Source of the DNA: Planctomycetaceae bacterium UBA6894 | GTDB lineage: Bacteria > Planctomycetota > Planctomycetia > Gemmatales > Gemmataceae | Assembly (NCBI GenBank): GCA_002451275.1 | Contig: DKBS01000028.1 | Span: 1-59,759 of the forward strand | Reading direction: 5' to 3' | Length of the DNA: 59,759 nt | Shown here: positions 38,550 to 48,527 of the stretch, piece after piece | Layout of the letters: each line of letters starts with the position of its first letter | How positions within the stretch are numbered: position 1 is the stretch's first letter | Translations under genes and position numbers: made by a program | The notes under the pieces: generated by a model | The model's input: the letters and a program-made list of their open reading frames with translations, nothing else | What the model was told of the DNA's origin: nothing | Databases searched by the model: none

Positions 38550-41500
38550 GTGCTGCTGGCGACGCTTGCCCTTCTTTTTTCCCAGGCGCCGGCACCAGCC
38601 GGCACGGTGAGCCTGGGACGGCACCATTTCAGCCTGCCCGCGGGCCTGAAGATCACCCAAGTGGCCGGCTCCCCGCTGGTGGACCGGCCAGTCAGCGCCG
38701 TATTCGACGCGCGGGGCCGGCTTTATGTGACCGAGTCCTCCGGTTCCAACGAGCCGGCGGCTGTCCAAGCCGAGAAAAAGCCGCACCGCGTGCTGCGACT
38801 GGTAGATGACAACGGCGACGGGGTCTTCGACCGCCGGACAGTGTTCGCGGAAAACCTGATGCTGCCGCAAGGCATCTGCGTGGTGGGGGACGAGGTGTGG
38901 GTGGGCGCGCCCCCCAAAATTTGGCGGCTGGTCGACGCCGATGACGACGGCATCGCCGAGAAACGGATCCTGTGGCATGACGGCGGCACGCTGACCGGCT
39001 GCATGAACGACCTGCACGGCCCAGCGGTGGGGCCGGATGGCTTCATCTACTGGACCAAAGGCGCCTTTGCCGAGCAGAAACACACGCTGGCCGGCGGTGA
39101 GACCCTGGTGACGAAGGGATCGCACATCTTTTGCGCCCGGCCGGACGGCTCAGGCCGGCAGGCGGTGCTGAACGGCGGCATGGACAATCCGGTGGGGCTG
39201 GCGTTCTCGGCCACGGGGGATGTGTTCCTCACCTGCACCTTCGTGCATCACCCCGGTGGCGGAAACGGACTGCGCGACGGCGTGCTGCACGCTGTGGAAG
39301 GGGGTCTATGGGGCAAGGACCATTCCCCCATCCGTGAACCGCAACACCTGTGGACCAGCCCGGACCTGATGCCGGTGCTGGTGGATCTGGGACCGGCCGC
39401 GCCTTGCGGGCTTACCACCGCCAAAAGCGATGCGCTGGGGCTGAAAAATCGCCTGCTTTCCTGCCAGTTCAACCTGCGGCGGGTGCAGTCGCATGCCTTG
39501 CAGACAGCCGGCAGCGCCCTGTCCGCACAATCGAGCGACCTGGTGGTTTCCGACCATCCGGACTTCCACCCTACCGATGTGGTGGAGGATGCGGACGGTT
39601 CGGTCCTGGTGGTGGACACGGGCGGCTGGTACAAGCTGTGCTGCCCGTCCTCACAGATGGTGAAGGACCAGTCGCTGGGGGCAATTTATCGGATCAGCAG
39701 GGTGGCAGGTGATTCCAAACAGGATCCACGCGGTTTGGGCATTGGCAATCTGGCCGATACCCGTCTGTTGGCTGACGGCCGACCCGTGGTGCGTGAACGG
39801 GCGCTGGAGGCGCTTGCTAAGGGCAACCATCGGGCTGAACTGGGTGGCTATGCACGGGAAACGAGCAATCCGGTGGAGGCAAGGGTGCTGGCCCTGTGGG
39901 GTTTGTGCCGTATTGGCACCCAGGAAGCCCTGGCCGATGTGGGCCCGCTGCTGAACGATCCCCAGGAAACCCTTCGTCTGGTGGCGGCCCGGATCGTGGC
40001 CCGCCAACGAGTGAGCGGTTACCGCGAAACACTCACCAAGCTGTCACAGGATGACAAGTCACCAACCGTGCGCCGGGCCGCCGTGGAGGCGCTGGTGGCC
40101 CTGGAACCCGCAGCGGCCCTGACCGGGTTGTTGGAGATTTTGAAAGCCCCCCAAGGCCCCAAGGACAGGGCGTGGCAACACGCTATCACCCGGGCCTTGG
40201 TGCTGGCGCTGAAGGCTCTGCCGGAGGGGGATCAGGGAATCGCCCAGGCTCTCGGAACGGTGAAAAATACCGGCCCTCGGGCACGGTGGCTACTGGCGGC
40301 ACTGGATCAAGCAAAGCGGCTGAACACCCCGGAATCCGTTCTGGCATTGGCGCGCGGTGCCGATGCCGAGGACAAGCGATTTGCCCGTTGGATTTTGGGC
40401 CGGCACCCGGAGTGGGCCCCGGCTATCGCCCAAGAATTGGCCCGCGGCAAGGCCCCAGCATGGTTGGATGAGGAACTGCTGGCGGTGCTGATCCAGGAGC
40501 CGGCCATGCAGGAACTGGCGGGGAAATGGCTACCCACCGGGGATGGCAAGCTGGCGCTCACGGCGCTGAGCCGCTGGCAGGGCAAGCAGATTCCGGCAGC
40601 ATGGGTGGAACCCGTGCTGGCCGGCTTCAAGACCAGCCGGGCCGAAACGCTGCCGGCCGTGGTCCGACTGGCCAAGCAAAGCCCGCTGCCAGCCGGCTGG
40701 CTCAAACAACTGGAAGAGATGGCAAGCGACACCAGCCTGCCACCCTTGCAACAATTGCAGGCCATGGTGGCCCTGCCCGTCGGACGCGGCGAGAATGACG
40801 CGCGGTTTGGCTGGGTGGTGGAGCATCTGCAAGCCTCGGCTCCAGCGCCGGAACGACAGGCGGCCCTCGAGGTGCTGGAACGGTTGAAGCCCACCGCGGC
40901 ACAGTGGCGAGTGCTGGCGGAGAAATTGGGTGGCGCCAGCGTGGCGGACCAGGCAAGGCTGGTGGGGCTCTTCCAGGCCAAAGACATCGCGGCCGGCAAC
41001 GCATTGGCACAAACGCTGGAAGAGGGGAAAATCCCGCCCACCGTTTCCACCGCCACGCTGCGGGCCGCGTTGGCAGGCCATGGTAAAAGTGTGTCGGAGC
41101 GAGCCGAGGGCGCCCTGGCCAAGCGGGATCCGTCCGCATCCAGCCAACGGGCGCTGGTGGATCAATTGCTGGCAGGCCTGACATCCGGGGACGCAGGCCG
41201 CGGGCATGAGGTGTTCAACAGTGCTAAAACAGCCTGCGCCTCGTGCCACAGGATCGGCTACCGCGGCGGATTGGCCGGCCCGGAATTGACCGCCATCGGC
41301 CGCATCCGCACCCAGCGCGATTTGCTGGAGGCGATCATCGCCCCGAGCGCCAGTTTTGTGCGGAGCTATGAGCCGGTCACCCTCTCGCTGACCAGCGGCA
41401 AAATTGTCTCCGGCATTCCCAAGGGTGAAACCGCCACGGATTTGCGGCTGCAAACCGGTCCTGACACGCTGGAAACCATCCCGCGCGGGCAGATCGAGGA

Positions 41501-41603
41501 GATGACTCCGGGCACGGTGTCGCTGATGCCGGCGGGGATCGACAAGCAAATCACGCCCCAGGAATTGGCGGACCTGATCGCCTTCCTCATGGCCCGCAAG
41601 TAA
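38550..41603 (+). CDS. PVC-type dehydrogenase-domain / HEAT-repeat / c-type heme-binding protein
   Basis: GTG start with GGAG upstream and a signal-like N-terminus. 'DARGRLYVTESSGS' and 'DGVFDRRTVFAE' fit a beta-propeller dehydrogenase-like domain. The central HEAT-like repeats include 'RRAAVEALVAL'. The C-terminal 'CASCHRIGYRGGLAGPELT' is a CxxCH motif. Confidence 0.75.
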   Translation: MLLATLALLFSQAPAPAGTVSLGRHHFSLPAGLKITQVAGSPLVDRPVSAVFDARGRLYVTESSGSNEPAAVQAEKKPHRVLRLVDDNGDGVFDRRTVFAENLMLPQGICVVGDEVWVGAPPKIWRLVDADDDGIAEKRILWHDGGTLTGCMNDLHGPAVGPDGFIYWTKGAFAEQKHTLAGGETLVTKGSHIFCARPDGSGRQAVLNGGMDNPVGLAFSATGDVFLTCTFVHHPGGGNGLRDGVLHAVEGGLWGKDHSPIREPQHLWTSPDLMPVLVDLGPAAPCGLTTAKSDALGLKNRLLSCQFNLRRVQSHALQTAGSALSAQSSDLVVSDHPDFHPTDVVEDADGSVLVVDTGGWYKLCCPSSQMVKDQSLGAIYRISRVAGDSKQDPRGLGIGNLADTRLLADGRPVVRERALEALAKGNHRAELGGYARETSNPVEARVLALWGLCRIGTQEALADVGPLLNDPQETLRLVAARIVARQRVSGYRETLTKLSQDDKSPTVRRAAVEALVALEPAAALTGLLEILKAPQGPKDRAWQHAITRALVLALKALPEGDQGIAQALGTVKNTGPRARWLLAALDQAKRLNTPESVLALARGADAEDKRFARWILGRHPEWAPAIAQELARGKAPAWLDEELLAVLIQEPAMQELAGKWLPTGDGKLALTALSRWQGKQIPAAWVEPVLAGFKTSRAETLPAVVRLAKQSPLPAGWLKQLEEMASDTSLPPLQQLQAMVALPVGRGENDARFGWVVEHLQASAPAPERQAALEVLERLKPTAAQWRVLAEKLGGASVADQARLVGLFQAKDIAAGNALAQTLEEGKIPPTVSTATLRAALAGHGKSVSERAEGALAKRDPSASSQRALVDQLLAGLTSGDAGRGHEVFNSAKTACASCHRIGYRGGLAGPELTAIGRIRTQRDLLEAIIAPSASFVRSYEPVTLSLTSGKIVSGIPKGETATDLRLQTGPDTLETIPRGQIEEMTPGTVSLMPAGIDKQITPQELADLIAFLMARK

Positions 41604-41638
41604 CAAGAAAATCCGAATCACATGGGGAGATTCTTCCT

Positions 41639-42571
41639 TTGCCCGTCTATTCAAAACTGGTTGGCCGGATTCCGGAGGGGCCTGTCGATGTGGTCGGCGA
41701 TGTGCATGGCGAAATCCATGCCCTGAATGACTTGCTGGGCCATATGGGCTATGGACCGGACGGCAGGCACCCGGAAGGACGGCGACTGATTTTCGTCGGC
41801 GACCTGATCGACCGCGGCCCGGACAGCCCGGGGGTGGTCCGCCGGGTCCGGCGCATGGTGGAGGAAGCCGGCGCCCAGGCGGTTTTGGGCAACCACGAGA
41901 TCAACCTGCTGCGCGGCTTGGACAAGGGCTTCGACAATGCCTGGTTCTTCAACCATCTCGGGCCGGCAGAACAGTCGGAAATGCTGGCGCTGCTGGCGGG
42001 CCTGCCCATCGCTCTGGAACGGCCGGACCTGCGGGTGGTCCACGCCAACTGGCACGATGATTGGGTGGAGGTGGCCCGCAACGCCAACTGCCCGGTAGAG
42101 TTGTTCGAGGAGCATGAAAGCCTGATTCAGGAATTCCTCACCCGTGAAGGGATCACCGACCCGCTGGAAATCAGTCTGCTGAAGCAGAACCACAATCCGG
42201 TTAAGCGGATCACCTCCGGGCCGGAAAAGCAGGCACCGGATGGACAGACCACCCCCGGCGAGCGGAAACATCATCTGCGGGACACCTGGTGGGACGAGTA
42301 CTCGGGCCCCCTGTGCGTGGTGGGGCACTACTGGCGCATGCAGGACCCTGACAAACCCTCGCACAGCCACCTGTTCGACGACAGCAAGCCCTTCGCCCTG
42401 CTGGGCAAGGGCCATGTGATGTGCGTGGACTACTCGGTGGGCAAGCGCTATCTGGAAAGGCAGCGGAAAGGGCCAGGGTTCCAGGGGCCCTTCCACCTGC
42501 GTCTGGGTGCGCTGCGCCTGCCCGAAAGAACCCTGGTCTTTGACAACGGGACCACCGCGCCGCTTGGCTGA
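41639..42571 (+). CDS. Metallophosphoesterase (PPP/ApaH-like Ser/Thr phosphatase family)
   Basis: 'VVGDVHGEIHAL', 'IFVGDLIDRGPDS' and 'LGNHE' are canonical PPP-family motifs. The start is a TTG. Confidence 0.75.
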   Translation: MPVYSKLVGRIPEGPVDVVGDVHGEIHALNDLLGHMGYGPDGRHPEGRRLIFVGDLIDRGPDSPGVVRRVRRMVEEAGAQAVLGNHEINLLRGLDKGFDNAWFFNHLGPAEQSEMLALLAGLPIALERPDLRVVHANWHDDWVEVARNANCPVELFEEHESLIQEFLTREGITDPLEISLLKQNHNPVKRITSGPEKQAPDGQTTPGERKHHLRDTWWDEYSGPLCVVGHYWRMQDPDKPSHSHLFDDSKPFALLGKGHVMCVDYSVGKRYLERQRKGPGFQGPFHLRLGALRLPERTLVFDNGTTAPLG

Positions 42572-42591
42572 AACATCTGGAGCATCCGGCC

Positions 42592-43845
42592 ATGTCTGAA
42601 GAACCCACCAAGAGCTGGATCTCCACGGCCTGGCTGACCGTGCTGCTGCTGATGCCGGTGGCCTTTCTGAACTATCTGGACCGGCAGATGCTGGCCAGCA
42701 TGAAGGGGTCGGTGATGGGAGACATCGCCGATATTGAGACCCAGGCCAACTGGGGCCTGATGCTGGGCCAGTTCAAATGGGTGTACGCCTTCGCCAGCCC
42801 CCTGGGCGGCTACCTGGCCGACCGCTTAAGCAGGCGGCTGACCGTGTGCGCCAGTCTGTTTGTCTGGTCGCTGATCACTTGGTGGACCGGGCGGGTGGAA
42901 AGTTTCCAGGAACTGATGCATGCCCGCACCCTGATGGGCCTGAGCGAGGCGTTTTACATTCCCGCCGCGCTGGCGCTGATAGCGGCCCACCACACCGGCC
43001 CCACCCGGTCCCGCGCGGTGGGCGCACACCAGATTGGCATCTATCTCGGGGTGATCGCCGGGGGGTTCGGCGGCATGGTGGCCGACCAGCCCAGTCTGGG
43101 CTGGCGCAGCGCCTTCACGGCCTGCGGGGTATTTGGCATGTTGTACGCCTTGCCCCTGGTGCTGCTGCTCCGGGACAACGGGTCACTTACTGAAACCGAC
43201 TCCCAGAAGGCTCCGGGCTTGGTGAACAGCCTGCCCAAATTGCTGCTGAATGGATCTTTTGTTTTGCTGGTGCTTTATTTCACGCTGCCGGCGCTGGCCG
43301 GCTGGATTGTGCGGGACTGGATGCCCGCCATCCTGCGGGACCGCTACGGGGTATCCCAGGGGAAAGCCGGCGTTTTGGCCTCATTGCCCTGGCAATCGGC
43401 CGCCATCCTCTTCGCGTTTGTGGGCGGCATTTTCGCCGACCGCATGATGGCCCGCACGGAACGCGGGCGCATCCTGGTGAGCGCACTGGGCATGGCGCTG
43501 ATCGTGCCGGCCATCTTCGGCATGGGCATCGCCGGAACCATTGGAACCGCGGTGGCGGCGCTGGTGTTGTTCGGTATCGGCTGGGGCATGTTCGACACCA
43601 ACAACATGCCGATTTTGTGCCAGATCGTGCCAGCCAACCTGCGGGCCACGGGCTACGGCATCATGAACCTGGTCAGCATCTCCTGCGGCGGCTTGGCCGA
43701 CTGGGGCTTTGGCAAGCTGAAGGATCAGGGCGCCTCGGAGCCACTGGTTTTCGGTGTGTTCGCGGCACTGGCCCTGGTGGCCGGGCTGCTGGTACTGTGC
43801 ATCCGGCCGAAAGGCCCTGAGGAATTGGAGCGGATGGCTATGTGA
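42592..43845 (+). CDS. MFS transporter
   Basis: About 12 hydrophobic segments. The MFS loop motif 'GGYLADRLSRR' lies between TM2 and TM3. Confidence 0.8.
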   Translation: MSEEPTKSWISTAWLTVLLLMPVAFLNYLDRQMLASMKGSVMGDIADIETQANWGLMLGQFKWVYAFASPLGGYLADRLSRRLTVCASLFVWSLITWWTGRVESFQELMHARTLMGLSEAFYIPAALALIAAHHTGPTRSRAVGAHQIGIYLGVIAGGFGGMVADQPSLGWRSAFTACGVFGMLYALPLVLLLRDNGSLTETDSQKAPGLVNSLPKLLLNGSFVLLVLYFTLPALAGWIVRDWMPAILRDRYGVSQGKAGVLASLPWQSAAILFAFVGGIFADRMMARTERGRILVSALGMALIVPAIFGMGIAGTIGTAVAALVLFGIGWGMFDTNNMPILCQIVPANLRATGYGIMNLVSISCGGLADWGFGKLKDQGASEPLVFGVFAALALVAGLLVLCIRPKGPEELERMAM

Positions 43846-43875
43846 AAACATGAAAATTCAGGCTATGCTGAGGAG

Positions 43876-44742
43876 ATGGCACCCCCTTCCGGTAAAACAG
43901 TCGGCGTTATTGGCCTTGGGCTGATGGGAACCGCCTTCACCTGCAGGCTGATCGAAGCCGGGTATTCCCCTTTCATCTGGAATCGAAGCCCGGAAAAAGC
44001 AGCCCATCTGGTGGCACAGGGTGCCCGGTGGAGCAATCAACCATTGGCCGAATGCGACCGGGTGATCATCAGCCTGTACTCCAGCGAATCGGTGGCCGAA
44101 GTGATCGGCAGCATGAAAGGCGACCTCCGCTCCGGCCAGTTACTCATCGACACAACCACCGGTGAGCCGGAACACGTTGAGAGGATGGGGAACGAACTTC
44201 TCCAAATGGGTGTCCACTACCTTGACGCACCCATATCCGGATCCAGCGAGCAAACCCGGCGAGGGGAGGCAGTGGTCTTGGTGGGGGGCCCTACGGAAGT
44301 TGTGGATTCATGCGGTGACCTTTGGCCAGTCCTTGGCAGAACGCTGCACCACTGCGGGCCCTTGGGGTCCGCATCCAGGATGAAGCTGGTCACCAACCTA
44401 GTCCTCGGCTTGAACCGCGCCGCCTTGGCCGAGGGGCTCGGGTTTGCACGGTCGATCGGGGTGAATCCGACGGCAGCCCTGGAAGTGCTGCGCGGCAGCG
44501 CCGCCCAAAGCAAGGTGATGGACACCAAGGGCGAGAAAATGCTCCAAGGCGATTTCAGCCCGCAGGCCAGGTTGAGCCAGCACCGCAAGGATGTTGAGAT
44601 CATTGTGAGGGACGGAGCTGCGGCCGGTTTGGACCTGCCCCTTTCGAATCTCCACCTGGACCTGCTTCGCGAGGCAGAAAAGCAGGGACTGGGTACCCTC
44701 GACAACAGCGCGATTGCCCGCCTTTGGGGCCTTGGAACATGA
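43876..44742 (+). CDS. NAD(P)-dependent beta-hydroxyacid dehydrogenase (3-hydroxyisobutyrate / 6-phosphogluconate dehydrogenase-like)
   Basis: Rossmann motif 'VGVIGLGLMGTAFTCRL'. 'DAPISGS' and 'KLVTNLVLG' are typical of the HIBADH family. GAGGAG lies immediately upstream of the ATG. Confidence 0.8.
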   Translation: MAPPSGKTVGVIGLGLMGTAFTCRLIEAGYSPFIWNRSPEKAAHLVAQGARWSNQPLAECDRVIISLYSSESVAEVIGSMKGDLRSGQLLIDTTTGEPEHVERMGNELLQMGVHYLDAPISGSSEQTRRGEAVVLVGGPTEVVDSCGDLWPVLGRTLHHCGPLGSASRMKLVTNLVLGLNRAALAEGLGFARSIGVNPTAALEVLRGSAAQSKVMDTKGEKMLQGDFSPQARLSQHRKDVEIIVRDGAAAGLDLPLSNLHLDLLREAEKQGLGTLDNSAIARLWGLGT

Positions 44743-45992
44743 ACGATCAATCCCTACGACCCGGCGCGAGGGTCTGGGTATTGACGGCCGTGTTCCTCGG
44801 TTTATTGTTTGACGGTTTTGAACTGGGCCTGATGCCCGTTGCCTCGCTTTCCGTCTCCAAATCCCTGCTGGGGGATCATTTCTCACCGCAGGCAGGAGGT
44901 GACTGGTTCGCCCGATTCACCGCAGCCCTGATGCTGGGTGCCGCGGTGGGTGGTATTTTCCTCGGCGCCCTGGGGGACCGTATCGGCCGGGCACGGGCCA
45001 TGGCGGTGAGCGTGCTTTTTTACTCGTGCTTCGCCTCAGCCGGTGCGTGGGTGCGGACCCAGGAGGAAATGCTGGCCTCCCGCTTCCTGGTCGGTTTGGG
45101 TGTCGGCGGAATGTGGCCCAATGGCATGGCCTTGGTGAGTGAGTGCTGGAGGGGTGCGTCGAAACCGCTGGTAAGCGGCGTGATGATGGCGGGTCTGAAC
45201 TCAGGAATACTGCTTCTCTCCCAACTGGCGAGGGTGTATCCGGTAACCAGCGACTCCTGGCGCTGGATTTTTCTACTAGCTGGATTTCCAGCCGCCTTGG
45301 GCTTGGCGTGCTGGTTCCTTCTGCCTGAATCGCCCGCCTGGATGCGGGAAAGGGGCGAGTCTCCTGTTCCTGCCCAGCCCCTGCGGACCCTTTTTTCCAA
45401 AGGAATGCTGCAACGAACCCTTGCAGGTATTGTCCTGAGTGCCATACCGATGGTGGGTGCCTGGGCCGCAAGCAAATGGATGATCCCGTGGGCTGATGAG
45501 GTGGCCCGGGACACAGACCCCGGATACAAGGCCGCCACGCAGGGATGGTGGTCGGCAGGTGCCATCGCAGGCAGTATATTGGGGGCCCAACTGGCGGCAT
45601 GGCTTGGCAGGGAACGCAGTTACCTGCTGATCAGCCTTGGCGCCTGGCTTTCCACCCTTGCCATGTTCCGCGCCACCGCCCCGTTGGAGCCCCTTTTCCA
45701 CCCCATCGTCCTGGCCCAGGGACTTGTTTCCACTCTCTTTTTCGGCTGGCTGGCCCTTTTTTTGCCAGAACTCTATCCGACGCAGGTCCGATCAGCGGGC
45801 AGCGGCATGGCCTACAACACCGGCAGGTTTGCCACAGCTTTCGGGGTGTTGGGTGCGGGGGCACTTTTCAACTGGCTGGGAGGAAATTATCCCAACGTGG
45901 GGTCTGTCATGGCATGCATTTACGGATTGGGCATATTTGCCATCTTGCTGGCGCCGCCATCCCGACTGGATAAAAGGAACTCCACCACATGA
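44739..45992 (+). CDS. MFS transporter
   Basis: Multiple TM segments, with 'GALGDRIGRARAM' as an MFS signature. The ATG at 44739 overlaps the upstream stop as ATGA. Confidence 0.8.
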   Translation: MNDQSLRPGARVWVLTAVFLGLLFDGFELGLMPVASLSVSKSLLGDHFSPQAGGDWFARFTAALMLGAAVGGIFLGALGDRIGRARAMAVSVLFYSCFASAGAWVRTQEEMLASRFLVGLGVGGMWPNGMALVSECWRGASKPLVSGVMMAGLNSGILLLSQLARVYPVTSDSWRWIFLLAGFPAALGLACWFLLPESPAWMRERGESPVPAQPLRTLFSKGMLQRTLAGIVLSAIPMVGAWAASKWMIPWADEVARDTDPGYKAATQGWWSAGAIAGSILGAQLAAWLGRERSYLLISLGAWLSTLAMFRATAPLEPLFHPIVLAQGLVSTLFFGWLALFLPELYPTQVRSAGSGMAYNTGRFATAFGVLGAGALFNWLGGNYPNVGSVMACIYGLGIFAILLAPPSRLDKRNSTT

Positions 45993-46930
45993 TTGCGACC
46001 GCCTATTGTTTGATCCTTTTTGTCACCAGCATGTCCCCGGATCAGGAGGCCCTCGGTTACGAGAAGCTGCCTAGCGGCCTGAAAATCATGCTCCGTGGTC
46101 GGCCGATGGCGACTTTTTTCCATGGGAACCAGAACATTCGACGCCCCTTTTTCGCCAATGTGCATGGCCCGGAAGGAACCCGTTTGACCCGCAACTATCC
46201 ACCCCATTCGGGCAAGGACGCCACAGACCATGCGACGATGCACCCGGGATTGTGGCTGGGTTTCGGAGATATCAGCGGAGAGGATTTCTGGCGCAACAAA
46301 GCCACCATGTCATTCGAGGGGACAACGATTGAACCAACGCTCAAGGACGGGGTCCTCGCGTTCGAAACCAGGCATTCGCTGAACCGGGCCGATGGCAGGA
46401 CCCTGGGAAACCTTCACACCGCATTCTCAGTACGTTTGGTGCCTTCCGGCGGGCTTGTCATCTGGGACACGACCATCCTGGCGGGGGAAAAAGAATTGGT
46501 GCTTGGCGATCAGGAGGAAATGGGCTTTGGAGCACGGATGGCCACCGAACTGATTGAAACCAATGGGGGGATCATCACCCAGCCCAACGGGAAAAAGTCC
46601 GCACGGGGAACCTGGGGCCAGCCAGCCAACTGGACCGATTACAGCGGCCGCGTAAACGGCAAGCACGCGGGGATCACCCTGATGGCCTCACCCTCTAATT
46701 TCCGACAGAGCTGGTGGCACAACCGTGACTACGGCCTGATGGTCGCCAATCCGTTTGGTCGGGCCGCGATGAAACAGGGTGCGAAAAGCGCAGTGGAACT
46801 GAAACCCGGGGAAAGCCTGCGCCTGGTGTTCGGCGCGGTCCTCCACGAAGGTGCTAACCATGAACCGGCGAAAGGCTATGCGGAATTCCTTCAGGTCATC
46901 AGACAGGACCCGATGAAGGAGGGAAATTAG
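45989..46930 (+). CDS. PmoA-like / DUF6807-family protein (tentative)
   Basis: The start overlaps the upstream stop as ATGA. 'DHATMHPGLWLGFGDISGEDFWRN' resembles the conserved block of the family annotated as 'methane oxygenase PmoA-like'. The family call is from memory. Confidence 0.5.
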   Translation: MIATAYCLILFVTSMSPDQEALGYEKLPSGLKIMLRGRPMATFFHGNQNIRRPFFANVHGPEGTRLTRNYPPHSGKDATDHATMHPGLWLGFGDISGEDFWRNKATMSFEGTTIEPTLKDGVLAFETRHSLNRADGRTLGNLHTAFSVRLVPSGGLVIWDTTILAGEKELVLGDQEEMGFGARMATELIETNGGIITQPNGKKSARGTWGQPANWTDYSGRVNGKHAGITLMASPSNFRQSWWHNRDYGLMVANPFGRAAMKQGAKSAVELKPGESLRLVFGAVLHEGANHEPAKGYAEFLQVIRQDPMKEGN

Positions 46931-46993
46931 CCCGCCTCGGAATGCCGGGCAAAAGCTTCCTGAAACCGAAAGCCCAAAACCCAGGAAGAACTT

Positions 46994-47029
46994 AAAAAAA
47001 TACCCCGGAGATTTCCCCGGGGTATTTTT
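46994..47029. terminator. Bidirectional intrinsic terminator between convergent genes
   Basis: An A7 run, then the 8-bp stem taccccgg / ccggggta with an 8-nt loop, then a T5 run (aaaaaaataccccggagatttccccggggtattttt). Confidence 0.7.
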
Positions 47030-47048
47030 GTTCAGCGTTCGCTGTCGA

Positions 47049-48332
47049 TCAGGTGTCGATGATCTTGCTGAAGCGCTCGACAAAGGCCTTCTCTTCCATG
47101 TTGCCGGCCTTGGCCAGGCGCTGGATGTTCTCGGGGTTTTCCACATCGCGCCGGTCGAGGCGGATCATGTAGCGGCGGGCGCACTCGTAGCCTTCACCCG
47201 AAATGTCTACCTTGCGCGTCTGCATGCGCTTGGTCTTGGGATCGAGCATGGTCTCGAAGGGCAGGGGCTTCATCTTGCCGTCCACCAGGCTGATGATGGC
47301 GCCGTACTTCGCCGAGTCGGGACTGAGGAGAAACTTCACGGCGCTGTAGCCCAGATCGCGCGTGTATTCCGCATCGAACGGGACCGGGTCGGCACAGCGC
47401 AGCTCGTAGCCGATCTCCTTCTCGGTGAGCGTCATGCTGATGCCCAGAGCCTTCAGCCGCTGGGCGACCTGATCCTTGATCATGCGGCCAAAATCCACCT
47501 CGGCCATGCGCAGGTGGCCGTGCGGGTCGCGCTCGATCTTGCCGTAGCGTGCCAGTTGGACCTCGCCCATCGCCTGCAGGGCTTCCTCTCCCAGGGCCTC
47601 GACCAGCCCCTCAGCCAGGACGGCCACGCCATAATCCTGCCCCTTGCTGCGGCGCTTGATGATGGCCCCCACCAGGATTTCGCACAGGCTGTCGAGCGAG
47701 GGAGGTGCCTTGCGGAACTCCTCCGGAATGATGGTCAGGGTGGCTGCGGAAGCCTTGCCGATGCCCAGGGCGAGATGGCCTGCGGCACGCCCCATGCTGA
47801 TAACAAAGAACCAGCGGCGGCTGGTCTTGGCATCTTCCATCAGGTTGCGGACGAGGTTCACACCAATCTGCCGCGCGGTCTCGAACCCGAAGGTGGGAAC
47901 CGAAGGGGGCAGGGGCAGGTCGTTGTCGATAGTCTTGGGCACATGGGCGACACGGATGGAGCCGCCGCCAGCCTTGTACACCTGGCTGCCCGAGTAAGCG
48001 GTGTCATCGCCACCGATGGTCACCAGGTAGCTGATGTCCATCTCCTTCAGAACGCGGAGAACCGTCTGCAGATCCTGCTCGTTCTTGGCCGGATTGACCC
48101 GGGCGGTAGACAGGATGGAACCGCCCTTGATGTTGATGTTCTTCACATCATCGACGGTGAGCGACTTGATCTGGCTCTTGTCACCCTTGACCAGATGCTT
48201 GAAACCTTCCATCACGCCAAAAACATCCCAGCCTTGCTGGGTGAGCGCCTCGATGGTGACCGCGCTGATCACACCGTTGATACCCGGCGCCGGACCACCG
48301 CCCACCACCAATGCCAAACGCTTCTTGCTCAT
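47049..48332 (-). CDS. pfp: Pyrophosphate-dependent 6-phosphofructokinase
   Basis: 'LALVVGGGPAPGINGVI', 'TIGGDDTAYSG' and 'VPKTIDNDL'. Asp in GGDD and Lys in PKTIDND are the residues associated with PPi specificity rather than ATP specificity. The start is the ATG at 48332. Confidence 0.85.
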   Translation of the reverse strand: MSKKRLALVVGGGPAPGINGVISAVTIEALTQQGWDVFGVMEGFKHLVKGDKSQIKSLTVDDVKNINIKGGSILSTARVNPAKNEQDLQTVLRVLKEMDISYLVTIGGDDTAYSGSQVYKAGGGSIRVAHVPKTIDNDLPLPPSVPTFGFETARQIGVNLVRNLMEDAKTSRRWFFVISMGRAAGHLALGIGKASAATLTIIPEEFRKAPPSLDSLCEILVGAIIKRRSKGQDYGVAVLAEGLVEALGEEALQAMGEVQLARYGKIERDPHGHLRMAEVDFGRMIKDQVAQRLKALGISMTLTEKEIGYELRCADPVPFDAEYTRDLGYSAVKFLLSPDSAKYGAIISLVDGKMKPLPFETMLDPKTKRMQTRKVDISGEGYECARRYMIRLDRRDVENPENIQRLAKAGNMEEKAFVERFSKIIDT

Positions 48333-48527
48333 TGACGAAAAGCCCTCAAACCGAGACATGCGACAGGGGGCCGCCAGGAGCCCCCGGAACCGCACCATCG
48401 TGGAAGGTTATTCTTAATGCAATCGCTCGGGTTCTCCAAGGCGGGCCGTGACGCCTTGGAAATCTGGAAAGGCTGGGGCAATTGGGAAGATATTATTTGT
48501 TAGCCCAAGCATTGGGTATGCATAATG

